64,000 nt of DNA from Amphiscolops sp. MND2022 (taxonomy: Eukaryota): contig OZ076409.1 in NCBI GenBank assembly GCA_964187785.1, forward strand, positions 76,386,001-76,450,000, read 5' to 3'. This document shows, piece by piece, positions 47,989-58,481 of this stretch. A program made the translations under genes and the position numbers. The notes beneath the pieces were generated by a model, which saw only the letters and a list, made by a program, of their open reading frames with translations, was not told where the DNA came from and made no database searches. How positions within the stretch are numbered: the stretch's first letter is position 1; the number at the start of each line of letters is the position of its first letter.

Positions 47989-49281
47989 GTGCCGATCCCC
48001 CCCGGGATGCCACAACTTCGAGGGCGGGGTAGGGCCGCCTGCCCGAGTCCAAAACCAACGGCGCTAAACTTCGCGCCAGAAACGTAAGGCGATTCGCATT
48101 TCCAGAGGCGATCTCGAAAACGGCCCATTCGATTTGGCTCAAATTTTGCATGCGGCTTCCTCTAGCGATTCTAAGAACTTTTCCCTACTACCGTTTTGCC
48201 CGGAAAATTTTTTTTGTTGACTTATACACAATTTTAGGTGCCGAAAATGGCGTTTTTTCAAAAAATTTTTTTTCAAGAGCCCATATCTCGCTCCCAGGTG
48301 CTCGGAGCGGTTCGCATGTGGACGTCGATATTGCTGGGCACTTCGTAAGGAGTCCGTAGACAAATTTTCGTTCAAATCGGATCAAAATTGACTGAGTAAT
48401 AGAAAACTTTGAAAGTGATTTTGACGACATTTTTCGAAAACCTAGTCTATCTCTGCCGTTTTTTGCCCAGATTTTTTTCCAGGACCTCTCCTAAAGGCCT
48501 CCCCTGGCCGGTTTACATCCCAGAAAAACCATTTGGCCCTTTTGCCGCAGTTTCAGCGTTCCAGGATTCCCCGGGTAAAAGTAAAATGACTTAGAATTTT
48601 TTCGAAAAATTTTCAAAAGTTTTTTTTTCAACTTCAAGCCCCCCAAAGTCAGGAAACGTCCACACAACTAGTATTGCAAGTGAATGCATGTGGAAAGTGC
48701 TCGAATAGACGAGAAAAATGAGCTATTATAAACCTCTGTAGCTCAACCTGACGTTGACTTATGACAATTTTAGTGTGAGCTTGCTATATGGTAAAAAATT
48801 TCAAAAATTGAAAATCGAAGCTAAGTCTCATCCAAAACTCATCGGAATACGTTCAATCCATCCCAAAGCGGTTCAATTCCAGTTGTATAGTGCAGCAACA
48901 CCATTCAAGGTCATTTGACCCATTTTAATAGGTTTTGATTATGTCTTATCCATCCGAAAATTCGAAACAGTTAAGTACATTCCATCTCCCCTCCGTGGGA
49001 GATGGTAATGTACTCGCAAAAAGCCACGTACTACCGCCCTATTCTACCCGTAGTGGTGCTAGAACTGCAGTAGCGGGAGCGCCAGGCTGTTTAAAGTAGC
49101 CTTTACGGGTGTTGTGACTATGCATTACAAGTCTAACTATGTTACTGAACGTGAAAAAAATGTTTCACTCCAAAATTTTTTTCAACTATTTTATGTCATC
49201 AATAAAGATATATCCATCCATTTACTATTACCTACCCCATCACCCGCCCCCTCCACTATCTGTTCAACCGTACACGTCTAG
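47989..49281 (+). mobile_element. Family-C2 non-autonomous unit (1293 bp), closest relative of the autonomous element
   Basis: Head GTGCCGATCCCCCCCGGGATGCCACAAC nearly matches 35507. Ends GTTCAACCGTACACGTCTAG. Confidence 0.88.
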
Positions 49282-51843
49282 GTGCCGGGATTTCTATTCG
49301 ATAAAGTATGTGGCGCGTGTGGGTAGGGTCCCTGGCGCGCTCTTGGGTATGGTGTTCACCAGCTAGGAAATAGGGGTCGATTTTTCGGGATCTCCTAAAC
49401 TAGCCACACGATTTGGCTGAAATTTGGCACACGTACTCCCCTCGGCACGGTGAAGATGATTTCCTACTGACGTTTTTCCCGCAAAATTTTTTTTGTTGTC
49501 CAAAATAACGGTTTTTGGGGTAAAATTTTGAATTTTTTTTAAATTTTATCTTATATCTCGCCACCGGTTTACGCTAGCGCTTCAGTACCCTGCTAAAGAA
49601 AGCTTGCAAACTGTCTCAGGAATGCGGTGTGAAATTTTCAGCTCAATCGGACTTGAACTCAGGGAGATATAACGTTTTTCCGGAGCGGGGGGGTTTCAGT
49701 TTTCTAACGGTCCAGCTTATCTTAGCCATTTTTTCGAAAATGTACTCGCCTAAAGACCTCCCCTGGCCGGTTTTATTCCCAGCAAAACCATTTGGCCCTA
49801 AATACGGAGTTTCAGCGTTCCAGCATTCCCGGGCGAAAAGTTGTGGGACTTAGAAAAGTTCAAAAACTTTCAAAAAAATTTTTTTCCGTTTTCCGCCCTC
49901 CCCCCCTAGGGGAAAAGACCCCCCAACCAGTAATTTGAGTGAATTCATGTGGAAAGGCCATGTTTAGAGGAGAAAAATACCGTTTAGATCGTCTTTCTAT
50001 CTTGGCTCAACGTTGACTTATGACGTTTTGAAGGTGATGTTTGGAGGTGTAAAGCACGTGAATAGTAAACGTTATGAGTATTTATCTGATCTGAAAGCCA
50101 TTGAGATGCAATATGGTTTGCTCAAAACGTAATTCATGGCATTTTGGGAATCAATCAACACCCTTTGTTGTCGTTTGACTTACTTTTTTGTTGTTATAAT
50201 AAAAAATTTTGTGTATTTATTCATTTTTTTCTCATCAAATAACTTGAAACAGTTGAGTACATTCCATCCCCCCCTTCCGGGGGAGATGAGAATGTACTCG
50301 CAAAAAGCACCGAACTACGGGCCTTACCTTCCCGAGCTACGCAGTATAAGGTTTACATATTGGTTCCGACATTTTCATAGAGTTAAATCTTGGTAATCTG
50401 TCTGGATATGCAGAAAAATCAGCACGTGCTTTTTTATACCAAGTTGCTTACAACGACAATTATTTTATATCAACGCCCCCATATTTATCAACGCCCCCCG
50501 TCCGTGGGCATGCCGAGGCATGCCCTTCGACGACGTATACCAAGATATGTTCGAGCGCGTTAGCCGCTAGGTGGCCGCGTCTTTTGTCGAACTTTAACCA
50601 TGGAGGCGCGGGTAGGGTCCTGCGCCGACTTAGTGCCTTTACTATGATACAAAAATAGGTACCTGAGTAAACGATCTCGAAGATGAGCCGTCAGAAATTC
50701 CTGAAAATTTGCATGTGGCCCCCAATTGGCGAGCATATGAAAAGTGTAGGAGGTCATTTTTCCCAAATTCCACTGTGAGACGAGATAAACGCGAAAAATG
50801 AGGTAAAAAATGGACCCATTTTTGATAAATTTTGCAATATCTCGTTCCAGAGGCATCGGAGGTACCGTATACCTGACGTGGAAAATGCTCGGCATGTGAA
50901 GGGGGTTACGTGGACAAATTTTCGTCCAAATCGGATAAAAATTGACAGAGTAATAACAAATTTTTTTGTGCATTTTGGCGACTTTTTCAGAAAACCCAGT
51001 TTATCTCTGCCGTTTTTTGCCCAGATTTTTTTCTAGAACCTCTCCTAAAGGCCTCCCCTGGCCGGTTTACATCCCAAAAAAACCATTTGGCCCTAAATAC
51101 GAGGTTTCAGCGTTCCAGCATTATCGGGCGAAATTTTATATGACTTAGAAAATTTTCAAAAATTTTCAAAATTTTTCTAAAAAAGTTCAGGCCGCCCAAA
51201 GTGAAGAAACTTCCACACAACTAGTATTGCAAGTGAATGCATGTGGAAAGCCCTGCACTTGACGAGAAAAATGCCGTTTAGAACGTCTTTTTATGTTAAC
51301 TTGATGTTGACTTATGATCTTTTGAGTAGCGTATAACACGTGATCACAGTAGTGAAAATCCTAATTTTCAATAATTTTCCAACAAAAACGCATGAAAAAA
51401 ACCTGGAAAAGGTTCCGATGGGTCAATTGGGATGTCTGAAGCATGTGTACATTCCCGTAGTGTATAGCGGATGTATTTGGGACTTATTAGAAATTGTGAT
51501 ATATTTTATACAAGTCTTTGTTTCTCTTAGAATCTTATGCAGTTGAGTACATTCCATCTCCCTCTCAGGGGAGATGTGAATGTACGTTTGCCAAATGCCT
51601 TGTAAAGCTGACAATTTTGATGGTTTAAAATGATTAAACAAGTGTGACTTGCGTTTGCCGAATCACTGCAGCAAAAAATCTTGAAACTTTAGTGAGATTG
51701 AATGCTTTTTGTCTCTAGTGTTTTTTCTTGTGTAGCCGACTTCCACATCCAAATATCAACGCCCACCGTCCGTGGGCATGCCGAGGCATGCCCTTCGACG
51801 ACGTATGCCAAATACCATATGCCACGCAGTCTTTCCCCGCTAG
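49282..51843 (+). mobile_element. Two family-B units (1289 and 1273 bp)
   Basis: 49282-50570 matches the 13707/24007 subtype. 50571-51843 is near-identical to 9870-11142. Confidence 0.85.
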
Positions 51844-54635
51844 GTGGCGGGGGGCTGTCCCCAATAGAATATAGTGAGGTAGGGTAGGGTTCCCTACCGA
51901 ACATTCAGTACTGAAAGACTCTTGTAGTATGAAAATTTTTCGATGTTTTGAGACCGATTTCGGATTCCACCCGTCAGAAGTTTATGATTTTTTGGCCCCC
52001 ACCCAGATTTTGGGCACTGATCGCCCCCCACCAGGTTCCATACCCGTGGTTTCGTTGTGACGGGTACACGAGCGACCGTTAGGGGTAAATCAGGGGGTAA
52101 AATTTATAAAAGTGTGAATAACTTTTCCCCCCGTCGTTTTAGCAGGTTCGGTTGCTAGTAAAAGTTTGTTGGGCATCATGCAGTGGGTCCGGGGGGCCAA
52201 ACAAAAATTTTCTATCTTGCACCGTTACGGACTTGGCCCCCTGCCCAAACCGCTATTTTACCGGAAATTGCACTTTTTGAACGGGAAGGAGTCGTCTGAG
52301 CGCGGAGTCGTTTGGTAATGTTTTGAAGAGCATCTGGAGACGTGGTGGGGGACATGTAGTTTGCCGACCCCAGTTTACCCCTCGGACAGGAAATGACCGT
52401 TATGTTAGTTTTAAAATTGCCCCCCGTCAACTTTAACCGCTATTTCTGGTGTGAAGGAGTCGGAATAGCGTGTCGAGTGCTATATATCAAAAGTAGCTTT
52501 AAACAAGGACCTATCAGAAACATGTGGTTTGGGACCCTTTGAACGGACCCGTTAGCCGGAAATAGGGTGACCGCCTCCTTTTTTTGGTGGTAAAACCGTA
52601 AAACGGGCATTAAAGTGTAATTATCTCGTGAACGCGTGGAGCAATCGTGTCCATCACTCCTACAAGGTTTCATACCCATGACATGGTGCCTTCAGGGGGG
52701 CAAACAGATCAGCGCTATCTATCACCGTTACGGACTTTGCCCCCCAGCCTAACCGCTATATTACCGGAAATTGCCCTTTTTGACCGGGAAGGAGTCGTCT
52801 GAGAGTGGAGTCGTTAAGTAATGTTTTGTAGAGCATCTAGAGACGTGTTGGGGGACATGTAGTTTGCCGACCCCGGTTTACCCCTCGGACGGGAAATTAC
52901 CGTTATGTGAGTTTTAAAATTGACCCCCTTCAACTTTCCCCGTTATTTCCGATGTGAAGGAGTGAGGGTAGCGCGTCGGGTGTCATATATCAAAAGTAGG
53001 TTAAGACAAGGACCAACCGGGAACATGTTGTTTGGGACCCTCTGGCCCAACCCGTTAGCCGTTATAAGGGTGATCGCCTCCTTTTTTTACTGCTAAAACC
53101 GGAAAACGGGCATTGAGGGGTAAATATCTCGTGAACGCGTGGAGCAATCGTGTCCATCACTACTACAAGGTTTCATACCCATGATACGGTGCCTTCAGGG
53201 GGGAAAACAGATTACCGCTATATATCACCGTTACGGACTTGGCCCCCCAGCCTAACCGCTATGTGACCGAAAATGTCATTTTTTGAGCCAAAAGGGTTGG
53301 TCCCAGCGTGGGAACGTCAGGTAACTTTATGTAGAACTCAATGAGACGAGTTGGGGGATATAGTTTCAGTCACCCCCCGTTGACCCGTTAGACCGGAAAC
53401 GACCGTTATGTAGTGAAAAATGTTATTTTTATACTTTTTGAAGGCCATTTAGGGCAGGAAGTATCGGTAATATGTCTTTGGACAGTATACAATGAAAGTT
53501 TTGGTGTGAAACGAGCAATCTGAAATAACCGTTATTATGATTCGGAAGTCACACTAACAGCGAAAATGACCGTTATGTAGTGAAAATTTTTTTCACATTT
53601 TTTTTATTTTCGATAGGTCCTTCAAGCCAGGAAGTAGCTGTATTAGGTCTTTGGTCACTTTATGATGATTGTGGTGTTGTGAGATGACCGTACGAACTTG
53701 ACCGTTATAATGCCCATGAAGTTGCGGCGGCACGAGAAATTTCAGAAAGTTTGTCTTTTCTGTGTTTTTGTTGGAATAAACGTGTAATTTCATCAAACCA
53801 AAGTGCATTCAGGGTGTCAGAAAGCTTCAAGAAAAGAATTTGACAGGAAACATGAGGTGAGAAATACGAAAATGCCACGGAAATCCAACCCGTTGGGGAG
53901 TAAAGATACTAAATTGGTTTGGAAGTGCCAATCGACGTGTAATTGCGGATCATAGCTACAATATTGTCTCTTTTTGTTTGTTTTTGAAGACTTTGAACAT
54001 CTTTACTTTATCAGCTTGAAGTTTCGACTCTATATACTTAATAACCGTTACAATGTGATAGCCCTCAAGTTGACCTTGTGTCAACTTGAAAGGGCTATCC
54101 TTTCACAACTGCGCAGCGACAGTGTGATTGAGTTTTTTTGTTATTATCCATAGCCAATTTGAACTTCAACAAAAATTTAACCATAGGTAAAAAATTTCAT
54201 ATGATTCTTTTAAAAGGATAAGTAAGAAACAAATGTTTGACAAAAAACTTTCAACCTTTAGTTTGTGGACTGAATATCAGGAAAACCATGTCTCCTAACG
54301 TTGTTGGATGAAATTCAACATGATTCTTTTAATAGGATAACAAAGTTTGACAAAATATTTTTTTATATTCTTTCGTTGGTGCTCTACATTTTAGGAAAAC
54401 GAATTTTCCAACAAATATTGTTGGCTGATGCCCGTTCATAGTGGCTTGAAAATTTCACTAACTGTAATGCTTTTTATCAAAGCTGAAACCGCACCTTACC
54501 GTCGCATAATGTAACTCAACCCGACGCCCACATTGCAACATCAACGTCCACCGTCTGTGGGCATGCCGAGGCATGCCCTTCGACGACGTATGCCAAATAA
54601 GCCTTACCCGCACTCTGGAGTGCGGTAGCGGCTAG
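51844..54635 (+). mobile_element. Divergent family-A-related unit (2792 bp) with an internal ~503-bp tandem duplication
   Basis: CACCGTTACGGACTT recurs at 52220, 52723 and 53226. A-type hairpin at 54057-54099, 3' palindrome at 54559-54578 and a terminal CCGCACTC-TG-GAGTGCGG hairpin. Confidence 0.82.
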
Positions 54636-57600
54636 GTGGTCCGGTACACTACCAACAAAACATTGTCGCGAGCAACGGGGAGGGTCCTGTAGCGAGCTTT
54701 ATAGGAAAAAAACGGCGGAGCATATATACTAGGCAACATCGGCACTTTTACCCACGATCTCTGAAATGAACCATACGATCCGGCTCAAAATTTGCATACG
54801 GCTTCCTCTAGCGATTCTAAGAACTTTTCCCTACTGGCATTTTGCCCGGAAAATTCAAAAAGTGGGTCAAAATCTTAGTTTTTTGGTCGAAAAATGGCGT
54901 TTTTTTGGAAAAAAATTTTTTAAGAGCCCATATCTCGCTCCCAGGTGCTCGGAGCGGGTCGCATGTGGACGTTGATATTGCTGGGCACTTCTTAAGGAGT
55001 CCGTAGACAAATTTTCGTACAGATCGGATGAAAATTGACTGAGTAATAGCCGCAAATCCGACGAATTTTTCAGAAAATTTTGGTACACCTAGTCTATCTC
55101 TGCCGTTTTTTGCCCAGATTTTTTTCCAGGACCTCTCCTAAAGGCCTCCCCTGGCCGGTTTACCTCCCAGAAAAACCATTTGGCCCTTTTGCCGCAGTTT
55201 CAGCGTTCCAGGATTCCCCGGGTAAAAGATAAATGACTTAGAATTTTTTCGAAAATTTTTCAAAATTTTTTTTTTCAACTTCAGGCCCCCCAAAGTCAAG
55301 AAACTTCCACACAACTAGTATTGCAAGTGAATGCATGTGGAAAGTGCTCGAATAGACGAGAAAAATGAGCTATTATAAAGTTCTGTAGCTTAACCTGACG
55401 TTGACTTATGACAATTTTAGTGTGAGCTTGCTATGTGAGAAAAAAATTTCATAAATTGAAAATCGAAGCTAAGTCTCATCGGAATACGTTCAGTGGACCC
55501 CAGCGCTGTTTAAATGCCGCTGTTTAGTGCAGCAACGCCCTTTAAGGTCATTTGATCCATTTTTTACAGGTTTTGACACCGTCTTATCCATTCGAAAGTT
55601 CGAAAGAGTTGTGTACATTCCATCTCCCCCCTTCTATGGGGGAGATGGTAATGTACACGCAAAAAGCCAAGTACTACTGTTCTTTTTATACTTGGAGTGG
55701 CCTCGGCAATGCAGTAGCGGGAGCTCCAGGTCGTTTGCCGTAGCCTTATTGTCTGTTTAGACTTTGCTACAACAGAAACTATGTTACTGAACATGAAAAA
55801 GATTGTTTCAATCCAAATGTTTTTTCAAATAATAATACCAAATAACACATGTCCATATATCCACTATTGCCACTAAATACTGGCGCATCGTCGCACAACG
55901 AAGCCTGCAGCGCTAGGTGCCAAAACCCAATGGTTTGCCAAACACTTCGAGGGCGGGGTAGGGCCCCCAGCCCGAGTCAAAAGTCGAAGACAAACAACTT
56001 AAGGCGATTGCTGGGATCTCCTATCGATTTTCTAAACGAGCCGTCAGATTTGGCTGAAATTTTGCATACGGCTTCCTATAACAATCCTAAGAACTAATCC
56101 CTACTGGCGTTTTGCCCGGAAAATTCAAAAAGTGGGTCAAAATCTTAGTTTTTTGGTCGAAAAATGGCGTTTTTTTGGAAAAATTTTTTTTAAGAGCCCA
56201 TATCTCGCTCCCAGGTGCCCGTAGCGACCAGACCTCGGACGGTACTATTGCTGGGCACTTCGTAAGGAGTCCGTAGACAAATTTTCGTCCAGATCGGATA
56301 AAAATTGATAGAGTAATAGCCGCCGATTTGGCGAATTTTTTCGACATTTTTCGAAATCCCAGTCTATCTCTGCCGTTTTTTGCCCAGATTTTTTTCCAGG
56401 ACCTCTCCTAAAGGCCTCCCCTGGCCGGTTTACCTCCCAGAAAAACCATTTGGCCCTTTTGCCGCAGTTTCAGCGTTCCAGGATTCCTTGAGTAAAAGTA
56501 AAATGACTTAGAATTTTCTCAAAAAATTTTCAAAATTTTTTTTTTCAACTTCAGACCTCCCAAAGTCAGGAAACTTCCACACAACTAGTATTGCAAGTGA
56601 ATGCATGTGGAAAGTGCTCGAATAGACGAGAAAAATGAGCTATTATAAACCTCTGTAGCTTAACCTGACGTTGACTTATGACAATTTTAGTGTGAGCTTG
56701 CTATGTGAGAAAAAATTTCAAAAATTGAAAATCGAGCTAAGTCTCATCCAAAACTCATCGGAATACGTTCAATCCACCCTAAAGCGGTTTAATTCCAGTT
56801 ACTAAGTGCAGCAACACCATTCAAGGTCATTTAACCCATATTTATAATTTTTGACACCGTCTTATCCATTTGAAAGTTCGAAACAGTTGAGTACATTCCA
56901 TCTCCCCTACGTGGGAGATGGTAATGTACTCGCAAAAAGCCAAGGTCCTACCGCCCTATTCTATCCGGCGTTGCATCAGAAATGCAGTAGCATGAGCTCC
57001 AGGTTGTTTGCAGTAGCCTTTACGTATGTTGTGACCATGTATTACAATTCTAACTCTGTTACTAAACATGAAAAAATTGTTTCAATCCCAAAAATTTTCA
57101 TTTCAACTTTAGTATGTCACCAATAAACATATATGCATCTTTCCTACTACAACCACCCTACCACCCGGCCCCTTGTCCACTGTTCAACCGTGCACGTCTA
57201 GGTGCCCAAATCCATCGATTTACCTTCACTTTGAGGGCGGGGTAGGGCCCCCGACCGGCTCCTCAGGCTTTAGACTGACAACTTAAGGCGCTTTTCAGTT
57301 GTAGAGACGATCTCGAAAATGGCCCATACGATTTGGCTCAAATTTTGCATACGGCTTCCTCTAGCGATTCTAAGAACTAATCCCTACTGGCGTTTTGCCC
57401 GGAAAAATCGAAAAGTTGGTCAAAATCACTATTTTAGGTGCCGAAAATGGCGTTTTTTCGAAAAATTTTTTTTCAAGAGCCCATATCTCGCTTCCAGGTG
57501 CTCGTAGCGGGTCGCATGTGGACGTTGATATTGCTAGGCACTTCGTAAGGAGTCCGTATACAAATTTTCGTTCCGATCGGATAAAAATTGATGGAGTAAT

Positions 57601-58481
57601 AGCCGCAAATCCGACGAATTTCTCAGAAAATTTTGGTACACCTAGTCTATCTCTGCCGTTTTTTGCCCAGATTTTTTTCCAGGACCTCTCCTAAAGGCCT
57701 CCCCTGGCCGGTTTACCTCCCAGAAAAACCATTTGGCCCTTTTGCCGCAGTTTCAGCGTTCCAGGATTCCCCGGGTAAAAGATAAATGACTTAGAATTTT
57801 TTCAAAAATTTTTCAAAATTTTTTTTTCAACTTCAGGCCTCCCAAAGTCAAGAAACGTCCACACAACTAGTATTGCAAGTGAATGCATGTGGAAAGTGCT
57901 CGAATAGACGAGAAAAATGAGCTATTATAAACCTCTGTAGCTTAACCTGACGTTGACTTATGACAATTTTAGTGTGAGCTTGCTATATGGTAAAAAAATT
58001 CAAAAATTGAAAATCGAAGTTAAGTCTCATCCAAAACTCATCGGAATACGTTCAATCCATCCCAAAGCGGTTTATTTCCAGCTATAGAGTGCAGCAACAC
58101 CGTTCAAGGTCATTTGACCCATTTTAATAGGTTTTGACTCTGTCTTATCCATCCGATAGTTCGAAACAGTTGAGTACATTCCATCTCCCCTCCGTGGGAG
58201 ATGGTAATGTACTCGCAAAAAGTCAAGGTCCTACCACCCTATTCTACCCGGAGTGGTGCTAGCAATGCAGTAGCGTGAGCTCCAGGTTGTTTGCAGTAGC
58301 CTTTACGTATGTTGTGACTATGTATTACAATTCTAACTCTGTTACTAAACATTAAAAAATTGTTTCAATCTCAATTTTTTTTTCAACTTTAGTATGTCAC
58401 CAATAAACATATATGCATCTTTCCTACTACAACCACCCTACCACCCGGCCCCTTGTCCACTGTTCAACCGTACACGTCTAG
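54636..58481 (+). mobile_element. Three family-C units (1281, 1285, 1280 bp)
   Basis: 54636-55916 is C1. 55917-57201 and 57202-58481 are C2, ending CAACCGTRCACGTCTAG. Confidence 0.85.

Noticed and set aside
35507..48775. LTR retrotransposon or DIRS element, suggested by direct repeats flanking the coding region
   Set aside because: No RT, integrase or tyrosine recombinase, and no TG..CA ends or PBS. The apparent second LTR is the head of the next array unit.
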